In this document: piece after piece, positions 40,359 through 51,044 of the stretch
Position numbering within the stretch: position 1 is the stretch's first letter
Layout: each line of letters opens with the position of its first letter
NCBI RefSeq assembly: GCF_002571385.2
Contig: NW_019218356.1
Location: 47,441 to 111,440 of the forward strand
Reading direction: 5' to 3'
DNA length: 64,000 nucleotides
Source of the DNA: Stylophora pistillata
Lineage: Eukaryota
Program-made: the position numbers and the translations under genes
The notes under the pieces: generated by a model
The model's input: only the letters and a program-made list of their open reading frames with translations
Database searches by the model: none
Told to the model about the DNA's origin: nothing

Positions 40359-40666
40359 GATTTTGCCACTAAAATATGTTTTCCCTTCGTTCTGTATTTA
40401 TGTTGTAAGCCATTGTTATTCTAATGACTTCAAAATTAGTTTTGTGTTTCTTTAATTTTCCCTTGCTTAATTTTGGTAGTATTTGTTTTCTAGGAAATGA
40501 TTACAACTTCATTGGGTTGATTATCCTCACGTTTCTATATGACTTAATAGTAATGATAATAATATCGATAATAATAATGAGAATGAGTTATTCACAGCAT
40601 ATCCATATGAAAATAAAACGCAGCTCTTTATCTATGAAGGCCCTACAAAAGTATATATAGATATAT

Positions 40667-42142
40667 AGTTAGATATAGCTCTTTGGCATACAAAGCTTTG
40701 CTTTCATGTCCAAATTGAGCACTCTATCTAAGATGAGTCATTGCTGTTGCAATTGCGCATGCTCGCTAGTTTACTCTAGTTTGCACACTCTGGCATGGCT
40801 TAGACGATACCACAAAGGTTGGGTCGTTTGGGGTGACCGTCTCGGTTCTCCCCCATCCTAGCATTAGCACTGCACTGATGAGGCCCAGAAGGCCGAAACA
40901 GTACTGTCTGCAGTTAGATATAGCTCTTTGGCATACAAAGCTTTGCTTTCATGTCCAAATTGAGCACTCTATCTAAGATGAGTCATTGCTGTTGCAATTG
41001 CGCATGCTCGCTAGTTTACTCTAGTTTGCACACTCTGGCATGGCTTAGACGATACCACAAAGGTTGGGTCGTTTGGGGTGACCGTCTCGGTTCTCCCCCA
41101 TCCTAGCATTAGCACTGCACTGATGAGGCCCAGAAGGCCGAAACAGTACTGTCTGCAGTTAGATATAGCTCTTTGGCATACAAAGCTTTGCTTTCATGTC
41201 CAAATTGAGCACTCTATCTAGGATGAGTCATTGCCGTTGCAATTGCGCATGCTCGCTGGTTTACTCTAGTTTGAGCACTCTGGCATGGCTTAGACGATAC
41301 CACAAAGGTTGGGTCGTTTGGGGTGACCGTCTCGGTTCTCCCCCATCCTAGCATTAGCACTGCACTGATGAGGCCCAGAAGGCCGAAACAGTACTGTCTG
41401 CAGTTAGATATAGCTCTTTGGCATACAAAGCTTTGCTTTCATGTCCAAATTGAGCACTCTATCTAGGATGAGTCATTGCCGTTGCAATTGCGCATGCTCG
41501 CTGGTTTACTCTAGTTTGAGCACTCTGGCATGGCTTAGACGATACCACAAAGGTTGGGTCGTTTGGGGTGACCGTCTCGGTTCTCCCCCATCCTAGCATT
41601 AGCACTGCACTGATGAGGCCCAGAAGGCCGAAACAGTACTGTCTGCAGTTAGATATAGCTCTTTGGCATACAAAGCTTTGCTTTCATGTCCAAATTGAGC
41701 ACTCTATCTAGGATGAGTCATTGCCGTTGCAATTGCGCATGCTCGCTGGTTTACTCTAGTTTGAGCACTCTGGCATGGCTTAGACGATACCACAAAGGTT
41801 GGGTCGTTTGGGGTGACCGTCTCGGTTCTCCCCCATCCTAGCATTAGCACTGCACTGATGAGGCCCAGAAGGCCGAAACAGTACTGTCTGCAGTTAGATA
41901 TAGCTCTTTGGCATACAAAGCTTTGCTTTCATGTCCAAATTGAGCACTCTATCTAGGATGAGTCATTGCCGTTGCAATTGCGCATGCTCGCTGGTTTACT
42001 CTAGTTTGAGCACTCTGGCATGGCTTAGACGATACCACAAAGGTTGGGTCGTTTGGGGTGACCGTCTCGGTTCTCCCCCATCCTAGCATTAGCACTGCAC
42101 TGATGAGGCCCAGAAGGCCGAAACAGTACTGTCTGCAGTTAG
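40667..42142 (+). mobile_element. Tandem array of six 245-bp units, each carrying a hammerhead ribozyme (non-LTR retrozyme-like element)
   Basis: Units start (agttagatatagctc) at 40667, 40912, 41157, 41402, 41647 and 41892, with a final agttag at 42137; no long ORF; flanked by TA-rich/(TA)n sequence. Confidence 0.92.
40869..40914 (+). ncRNA. Type I hammerhead ribozyme (first of six identical copies; the others start at 41114, 41359, 41604, 41849 and 42094)
   Basis: Stem I ACUGCA/UGCAGU; core CUGAUGA; stem II GGCC-CAGAA-GGCC; GAAA; stem III ACAG-UA-CUGU; GUC cleavage triplet (cut after 40908). Confidence 0.95.
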
Positions 42143-42164
42143 TTATATATATATATATATATAT
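42143..42164. repeat. (TA)n microsatellite running into a 340-N assembly gap
   Basis: ttatatatat... followed by Ns at 42165-42504. Confidence 0.95.
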
Positions 42165-42809
42165 NNNNNNNNNNNNNNNNNNNNNNNNNNNNNNNNNNNN
42201 NNNNNNNNNNNNNNNNNNNNNNNNNNNNNNNNNNNNNNNNNNNNNNNNNNNNNNNNNNNNNNNNNNNNNNNNNNNNNNNNNNNNNNNNNNNNNNNNNNNN
42301 NNNNNNNNNNNNNNNNNNNNNNNNNNNNNNNNNNNNNNNNNNNNNNNNNNNNNNNNNNNNNNNNNNNNNNNNNNNNNNNNNNNNNNNNNNNNNNNNNNNN
42401 NNNNNNNNNNNNNNNNNNNNNNNNNNNNNNNNNNNNNNNNNNNNNNNNNNNNNNNNNNNNNNNNNNNNNNNNNNNNNNNNNNNNNNNNNNNNNNNNNNNN
42501 NNNNCTTGGGAACTTCCCAATTGCTGATGTTTTTACTTCTGATTCACTTTGCAGTTGCTAATAAACGAAAAGGTTAATGCAAGTCAGCATGAAGGATTTC
42601 ACGACCTCGCAAATAACAAAGATTTAAAAAGACTCGAAATTAAACGGCAGACTTGGATGATAACCAGTTATCTTTAGCAGACAAAACGACAAATTTATAT
42701 AGTGTTTTAGATTCAGAATATATAATGTGGAAATTTACGCGAACAGACGAAAACAAAAACTTATATTTGTAGCAAGCAGAGCTTGCCTTTTCCTGCAACA
42801 CTTGTATAA

Positions 42810-42881
42810 TTTGAATTATTAAAAACTAGATCATTGGATAATGTAATTGAAGACTTTTTATTGGCTTACCCATTATGGTAG

Positions 42882-42914
<33 letters not shown>

Positions 42915-43044
42915 AAGCGTACACGTCGGGCTAAAATTAAAAGGGGGCTAAAAAATTTAAGATTTGGTAAGATTTGTCTAATATATTGGGGGCGTTTTTA
43001 ATATAAAAATTATGGCACTCGCGCTTGTTGGATATGAGATGATT

Positions 43045-43077
<33 letters not shown>

Positions 43078-43090
43078 ATCTATCATCATG
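42810..43090. repeat. Interspersed non-autonomous repeat with a terminal hairpin (abundant coral-type repeat, possibly Crypton-related)
   Basis: Hairpin atagccaac-tcggcgctacgcgcctc-gttggctat at ~43044-43079, preceded by cactcgcgcttgttggatatgagatga; family recognised from memory only. Confidence 0.45.
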
Positions 43091-45020
43091 AAAATTTACT
43101 ATTAGTTTTACAATATTGGTTTTGGTTTTCACAATAAAAGCGACACCCTTTGAATTTTTTGTGTATGTAAGCGTAAATATAACTCGGAAAAAGAAAGCTC
43201 TCACTGTTTTGATCAAAGCAATAGACACATTAGGCGCAGTTGAATATTTTTATAGAAACTGCGCGGTATAAATTTAAATTTAATAATAATTTAATAATTT
43301 CCCCTTTTTGCTAGTGCACCCTTTACTGACGAGGGAGCATAATAGACATTCAAATTCATTGATAGTCGACAATAACGTTGAGGAAATTCCTGTTTAGTTC
43401 CGATCATTGCGGAATTAATGCAAATGTAAACCATTATATCTATATCTCTTTTATCTTGCTAGTTTTATCGCGCTTTATTATAGAAAGTACAGCCCTCTTA
43501 CTAGTGAAATTCAAAAGAATTTATCCAAAGCATCTATAGTTATTAATAAATTATTTTTTTGCGAGAAATAAAAAGGGACGATCTCATATTTGCGTGCAAA
43601 TGTAACAAAACATCTACTCGACTCATTAGCTATCATGCGAGATTTAGTGAGTATGGAAAGTAGCTTAGTGGTGTTCCATTCTAAATAATTTAGGTAAAAA
43701 CAAGTGTGTGTTTTTTTGTTAGTTTTTTGAACAATTAAATTATTATACCAGGGCTATGACTCTATACATTAATTCCTCTCGATTACTGAGGGTAATTGTT
43801 GAGGTCATGATGTTATTGTTAAATGAATTATGGGAGGGAAAATAACATTCATTAGAAATTCAGCTGTGAGCAATCCTTGAGATGGCTCTTCTTGTCCATT
43901 GTTTCCAGGTTGAATTGGAGTTTTGAGGAAATATTTTCCTATTTTTACTCGGGCTTCCGCAGGAAAGCCCGAGTCTGAAAATGCAAGCCGTTTTGGTCGC
44001 CAAAAGGGGGGGTCATGGTCCCAGGCGTTCCTTGCGGTAAGCGCGGAAACTGGGAATGAGAGTGCGACAACTCGTGTTATCCTAAGCTCGCTCTTCGTAA
44101 ACAACGTAATTTATGGAATTCTGCGTTTTGTGAAGACCGCTTAGCAAAGATTCCTGTCCTTTAAGCTTATCCCACATGCAAACGCACACACTGTTCGTGG
44201 TTGGCCCACGCTAAATGATGTCGAGTGTTTTCGGAATGGTCCGGTCCAAGAACTTCATTGCTTGAAAGCTAGCCAAATGTGGAAAGTTCATACTAGTTCT
44301 CACGAGATAACAAATAAGCCATATGTGGGTTCAAACAACGAAAATACTGGCAAAACTGTGACGGCCGATTTAACAACAAACTATGATGCTGAGACGAACA
44401 CCTGACTTGCTGAAAAAAGCAAGAATGTTCGTGAACACAACTTCGAAGGTGGCGCTAACAACAGCGAATTGGATAAGGATACTTGCAGAAGCAACTTAAA
44501 TAGTAAGGTTATATAAGCTTAGCTCTTCTGTTAAATATCCTGTTTCTGTTGCTGGCTTTATTGGGTTCAATACTTGTAAAGTACGATTTGGTATTTCGTA
44601 CATAATCCCTATTTAACAATTGTTCAATAACATTTTCAACGCGGTATTTTATGTATAAAGGGCAGAAATTCCCTCTCGTACGCTTCAATGCGTTGTTTAT
44701 TTTGTTTCGGAAAAGTATTTCGCTCTGCCTCCATGATGTTGTCTCAGATTGGTCAAAAGCTGACAGGTGAATTCATGTGTGGAAATGAAGAGTTGCGAAA
44801 CGAAATGAAACCGTTGATTGTTTTGTTTTCCCTTTTTCTGGGTTCTTTCTCGGGAGTTAAAAATTCCATTCCAAAGAAAAAGTAGGCAGATCCTCATCGG
44901 CTTGTTCGCTTGTTGCCATGTCTAGTTTAACTTTTTAGCGGAAGTTTTTCCTGTTTTTTAATGAAAAAAGCTGAAGTCACTCGCGAGAAAAAGATTTCTT
45001 CGCAAGGCATATGTTTTTAC

Positions 45021-45110
45021 CTAAATAATTTAGGTAAAAACAAGTGTGTGTTTTTTTTGTTAGTTTTTGAACAATTAAATTATTATACCAGGGCTATGAC
45101 TCTATACATT
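45021..45110 (+). repeat. ~90-bp near-identical copy of 43681-43770, flanked by an 18-bp direct repeat
   Basis: ctaaataatttaggtaaaaacaagtgtgtg...gactctatacatt at both sites; ttcgcaaggcatatgttt at 44999-45016 and 45111-45128. Confidence 0.9.
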
Positions 45111-45307
45111 TTCGCAAGGCATATGTTTGCTTAAGTCACCGGCGTGCACAAAGGGAAACTGAAGCACGTTCGCGCAATTGAATTTGATTTCTCGAATTTA
45201 CAAGCTATGTTACAATTGTACTCGTGTTTGGTGTAAATGCCATGGCTATAAAAGAAGCCCGAGTGAACGCTCCTCGAGCGTCTAGTTTGTTGAAGTCTGA
45301 CGTCCAT

Positions 45308-48300
45308 TCAGTTTCTCTTCATAGCCCTGATCTTGAAGGGAGCTGGATACTGAGTGATTGCTCTTAGATGCTTAATCGTAGGTGAGCCCTTGCCTTCCTC
45401 CGGAAGAAATGTAAACTTGTGAAGCATCCAAGACAAGATAACATACATTTCCAATTTAGCAAGAGTTTCGCCTGGACACACACGGCGTCCAGCTCCAAAG
45501 GGATAAAAATTTCCTTGATTCGTCATCAAATTCCCATCTTTATCAAGGTGGCGATGAGGGTTAAAAAGGTTTGGCTCCTTCCAACAAGCAGGATCAAGGT
45601 GAATTCCTTCTGTATCCGGATACACGATGGTATCCTTAGGGACTCGATAACCACAAAGGGAAGTGTCCTCTACAGCTCGGTGAGGTAACGCTTGGGGTAC
45701 AACGTTGCCTAGTCTCAAGCTTTCCATTATAGTCGCATGGATAAGAGGCAGTCTAGGGCGATCCTCCAGATGTGGCATGCGATGTCGACCAACGACGTCA
45801 TCCAGTTGTTTCTGAATATCGTATTGGTAATAAGGGTACTGGACCAGATAGCCCAACGCAAATGTCAGTGCATGCGCAGTAGTCTCGTAGCCAGCAGTAA
45901 ACATGTCTTGTATGGTGTTGATCAGATGGTCTTCAGAGAAAAGGGAAGCCTTGTTTTCTTTGGTCTCTTCCATAGCTTCCCTCTGGGCATGCAGTAAGGC
46001 GTCCATCAAATTAGAACCGGGTACCTGAGGATCGAAAGTTGCCATTCGTTCTCTCAACTTAAGGCGGATGATCTCCAGAGTAGAAAGAAATATGTCGAAT
46101 ATTTTTTTCCGCGAACTGAAAGGAAATAATTGGCTCAAGGGGAAAAAGTCCAGGAACATGATGGCTTGAAATTCTTTATAGCTCTTTAAACCGAGTTCGT
46201 TTTTGCGGATTAAGTTACTAATTTGAGGATCACTAAGATCCCAGCCGTTTCCAAATATTATTCGTCCCAGGACCTCCACAATGCACTGGTTTAGAAAATC
46301 GGCGGGATCGAAGTCCTTCTGGTGCTGTTCCTCAAGAATCCGCAGAAGTTTCGAAGCCGTGTAAGTCACTCTCTCTTCAATTACGGCTGTATTGGAGATG
46401 TGTTGTCTTAGGGCAGAGATAAGGATACGTCGATGAATCTTCCACGACAATCCGTCACTGAAAGCTATGTTCTTGAAGCCTAACGAAAGAATCAAAACAC
46501 GATAGATATAATTATTTTTCCAGAAAATATTTGGAATATTTATTTGTGAACATATAATTTTTTTGGCTGACGGGAAGCTTATTTGGTAACCATGGAGCTT
46601 GTGACTATGAGCTAAAAACACGGCAATCGTGTGTGAACTGTTATTAATGGAACATAGACGAGATCGTAAAAACAAAAAATAGATATGATAACAACTATAA
46701 TATAAATGTAATAATAATAATAATGTTTAAATACGCACACACGGACGAATAAACAATGGAACAGACACTAGACACATCCTACAAAAAACAAAACAAAACA
46801 AAACAACAACAACAAAAAAAAAAACAATACAAAAAAACATCAAGTTATATCTTCTTGAAGAGAATCAGAAAAGGAGAAATGCTTTTAATCTAGATCTTCA
46901 TAGAGAGAGAGTAGAGCGTTTTGTCTATTATGACTAAGAGAAGCAAATACTTTTGGCCTCTGATATTACTAAAAAGATTGCAACAGATGAGCCTTCCTAA
47001 AAGAATCCCACAGAATACTCACCAAGGCTCAACATTTTCAAACTGTAGGTCTTAGGTCTTCCACCGTATTCGGAAGACTTTGTTACCAGTACCTCCCGGA
47101 CAGCTTCTGTTGAGCCAGCAATAACAAATTTGTAGCTTCCGAGCTTTAAGGAGAACAGTCTTCCATAATTCTTTCGCAAGCTATCACAACATGACAACAA
47201 TTAGCCTTGAATGATAACTTTATATGCTAATCACTATGATCACTGAAACCTAATTAATTCATTCTTAGTCAACGCCTAGCCAGCAGTGCAGGCGTCTTCT
47301 TGTTAGGGCGAGTTAACGTTAAGAAGCGCACGATCGTTTATTTCACCGGCCATGTTTAATTTGGTGTCAGAGTCGACGGCAGTGGAAGGGAGTCTGAAGG
47401 CAGCGAAGGTAATATTCACTCCCACCGCTTCGTTATCGAGATCTTTTAGCTCATCCTAGGTGTAAAAACCTCTAAAGCTCACGAGTAACGTAAAACAAAG
47501 ACAACAAAACATTAAAAACAATAGCGTATAGCAACACAATATACCTCATGAAACAAAGAAAACTTCGTCAGGTTTTTACACCGAGGATGACCCGATCTTT
47601 TTCTAAGGTGGGAAGTTCAAGAGTCTGAACTACTCTAAGTCGATTTGTCTTTCTACAGTACAACCTTTAATAACATACAATCTATTTCGTTTCCACTTGA
47701 ACGGTTTTTAACTTTTCGCTGCACAATTATGCATTATGCACGCCGCCATAATCTAGATGTACGTATGATGCACGATCCTCGCAGTAGAGAGCACTATTTA
47801 TGCAATAGCGAAAATCAGACCTGAAAAAAATCAGGCCTGTACGGGATTCGAATCACTGACCTCTGCGATACAAGTGCAGCGCTCTACCAATTGAGCTAAC
47901 AAGCCAACTGGGAGCAGGCCGTTAAGTTGATTCGTAATAAACCCGTGATGATAAATCAGATACGATGAATATATGAAGTTCATATATTTTGAACTGCGGT
48001 TATAGATACATATAGAGCGCTGCACTAGTATCGCAGAGGTCAGTGGTTCGAATCCCGTACAGGCCTGATTTTTTTTTCAGGTCTGATTTCTCGTGCATCG
48101 TATGTATCTATAATCGCAGTTCAAAATATGTGAACTTCATATATTCATCGTATCTGATTTATCATCACGGGTTTATTACGAATCAACTTAACGGCCTGCT
48201 CCCAGTTGGCTTGTTAGCTCAATTGGTAGAGCGCTGCACTTGTATCGCAGAGGTCAGTGGTTCGAATCCCGTACAGGCCTGATTTTTTTCAGGTCTGATT

Positions 48301-48744
48301 TTCACTATTGCATGAATAGCGCACTCTACTGCTAGGATCGTGCATGATACGTATCTATAACCGCAGTTCAAAATAATTGAACTTCATGTAATCATCGTAT
48401 AATCTATATCGATAGAAAGTAAGTCGATGACATTTTAAGCAAGTCTGAAGTTTGTTTGCGGTGGGGTCAAGTCGCTCTATCAAAAAAAAAAAAAAAAAAA
48501 ACTAATGCAGAGGAACATAATTGACCTGCAGAAAAAACAGTGTTTACCTGGCGACAGCATCTTGGAAGGTCGTCGCATCAAAATCAAAGCTAAACAGGTT
48601 TCCGATGAAAGGAAGACTGGTTAATCGGGGACCAGGTGGCATCCCTCTCAATTGGTATAATTCGATCAACAGATAAATCATAAACGCCAGCAGTGACGCG
48701 AAGATTACATTTGCTAGACATAGATATTCCACGAATAGCACCAT
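45308..48744 (-). CDS. Cytochrome P450, clan 2 (CYP1/2/17-like), ~508 aa, three exons
   Basis: Exons 48744-48548, 47180-47023, 46479-45308 (phases 2 and 1, GT-AG). N-terminal anchor and PPGP hinge, WKIHRR, AGYETT, ESLR, FNPHRH and heme motif FGAGRRVCPG. Confidence 0.93.
47833..47905 (-). tRNA. tRNA-Thr(TGT)-like sequence, probably pseudo-tRNA/SINE head
   Basis: Reverse complement of the 48208-48280 copy with minor differences; embedded in the repeat. Confidence 0.55.
48208..48280 (+). tRNA. tRNA-Thr(TGT)-like sequence, probably pseudo-tRNA/SINE head
   Basis: Acceptor stem GGCTTGT/ACAGGCC, D arm GCTC/GAGC, anticodon loop CT-TGT-AT, box B GGTTCGAATCC and a downstream oligo-T. The T stem has two mismatches and the anticodon stem one. 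Confidence 0.6.
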
Positions 48745-51044
48745 AATCTGAGTCCAACAAGTACAGGCGAGGAAAGAATGAGATACTCCCTTGAGTTTTG
48801 AGACGAATCAGAAGCTCTTGACCGACAGTTCTGTTTTCAAGCTTGCGTCAATTTTAAGTAAACTAAAGATACCCACCAAACAATGTTGTGTTGTTGTATT
48901 GTGCATTGCTACGTGTGAAGTTATTCTTACCTAATTTGCATTTGCTAATCACTGGCCTTTGTTATAGGAACATAAAATGACAATTAGTGTGTCACACGCC
49001 TTATGTTTTGTATATATATCACAGAAAGATATCAATCGAGTTGATCCTTTGTTGCGCTGTATAAATGCCTGCATCGGCGGTACTGCACCGGCGAGGGTAT
49101 GAATAGCTTGTAAAACTTAAGACCATGTGGCTTGAACAAATTTAATTAAGTGTCAAAACTGTGGAAACATTCATATTAGCTAAATAACTAAAAAAGGGAG
49201 AAGAAAAACTCAGAATAGAACAAAACTTACGCCTTTTAAGGGTCGTGGTTAACGACTAACAAGCTAACATGCATGCTTAACGTAATGCATGTGCATGCGA
49301 CGTAACGCAACGCAACAAAAATGTCAACGGAAATTCTAAGGAAAGCGGGTTCGGGTACCGATAGTTGAATTTAGAGAGAGTTGGAAATTTAACGTTGTTT
49401 CTGATTTTATAGACATCTACGAAAGTTTCAACTTCTTCCGCCTAGAGATTATGAAATGTGTATAATCTCTTATTTCCCCCCATTTTTGCTTTTTCCATCA
49501 AATGTTCTTACGTCTCTATTTCATAATCTGCACATTTCTTTTCCCTTATCCGTCACTCTTCTCATTCCATCAACACTCGGTCTCCAAGCTGAAGTTTGTT
49601 ACCTCTACTTTCAAAATATTAATGAAAAATTACAACCCCAAACTTCCAAGGAGTTTGCGCCAGGATATCGCCTAGGTCATGCCGGTATCCCAGTCCCCTC
49701 TCTCCCAGCAGATAATAAGCTGTTCTGTTAACCTTTTTGCATTGTCCATGTTTTTTTCGGTGCATATTTCAAAATGTACAATGTGATATCGGTTATCCAT
49801 CGTTTCAGTTCCACGTGACAACACGACTGTTTTTTTTATCAGACTGTTTTGTTTACATTTGACACACACTACCCAGTCATGTGATGCAAAATAAACACTG
49901 AGAAATGGTTGGGAGTTTCGAGCTGCTGGATGCTGGTCACTCTGGATAATTTGCACTGATTTGTTGTTAACTGGTCGGGGAGGGCAACACTTCTAGAGTC
50001 TTTGAATACAAGACAGAGTCAGTGAGACCAGCATGTAAGTGCTTCAATTGCATAATGCTGCAATACCTCTCAGTAAGAGCAGTTCCTTTGGATTGACTAT
50101 GATTCCATGATCTTATATACTTCTTGTTTTGAGTTCTTCGCTTTGCTTACGTAATCATTCAATCCCGCTTTTCTTTTATCATCTTATGACTCAATTTGAT
50201 TTTTCATTTTATTGATCTAAATCTGTTACTGCCCAGCTACTGCTTCTTTTAGACGAAGAGCGAGATTCCACATACCCTCTGACCGGTAGACTAATTTTAA
50301 CACATTTATACTGGATAGTTTCGGCTGCGTTAACTTGACATAAGTAAGGCACAATAATCAGTAAGAAAAACTGGACCAGTACAGCTTCATAGAAAGTTCT
50401 CCATCAAAAATTGCGGTAGCTTTGGGCAGGTTTAGATGTCTTTGATTTGTGTTACTTTCAATCATTTATCGTTTAGTCTAATTTAGCCGGTATTTCATGT
50501 TTCACGTATTTAAAAATGCATACGCAATTTCTATAAAATAATTCTTGATATTTCTAATTAACGTTCCGAAAGAAAGAGTAGGCTACCTAATCTTCTGATC
50601 GAGACGATTATCCATTATAATTACTGAGACCCTTTGGACAAAAATGTTATTGTTCCGCGTCAGGCTTAGAAGTAAGTCAAAATGTTTGCGATGACATATG
50701 AATTCAAGGTCACCAGGTTTGTTTTCATTGCAAGCTGCAACAACTCGACATTCGTATTTTGTTTCGAAACGAATGGCAGTGATGATGATAGATTCGCTCT
50801 TGTGGGGAAGCAATTATATGGCGAAAACACGATAAAGCGTACTATTTTTGAAGGAGGTGTACGCTCGAGAAAGTGGCCGCCGTCAGTTACAAGAGTTTTG
50901 TAACAGTGTTTGACCGGGGAACAGAAAGGCTTTTTGCAGTGGTTCATGATCGAAAGAGGTTGTCAGGAGAGAGTGAAGTGTAATTTATGAATGGTTTGCA
51001 AGCAAGGAGCAAGATAGGTGTTGTTCATAGGCAAGAAGATGCCA

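Larger units (their letters stand above)
47760..48398. mobile_element. Fold-back element composed of ~247-bp tRNA-Thr-derived units, in CYP intron 1
   Basis: Minus-strand unit 47760-48012, plus-strand partial 48013-48090 and plus-strand ~1.25 units 48091-48398; flanked by ataatcta at 47748-47755 and 48399-48406. Confidence 0.85.

Noticed and set aside
40667-42142. CRISPR array interpretation of the regular repeats
   Set aside because: Whole 245-bp units repeat with no unique spacers, there are no cas genes, and the context is eukaryotic
42058-42561. ORFs 42058-42561 (+) and 42143-42520 (-)
   Set aside because: They are open only because they run through the N gap and the TA repeat
46480-46675. 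N-terminal 65 aa of the 455-aa P450 ORF
   Set aside because: Intronic read-through; the real exon starts at 46479 and the N-terminus is in exons at 47023-47180 and 48548-48744
47831-48282. Near-identical short ORFs on opposite strands (…LLPVGLLAQLVERCTCIAEVS…)
   Set aside because: Translations of the inverted tRNA-derived repeat, not protein genes
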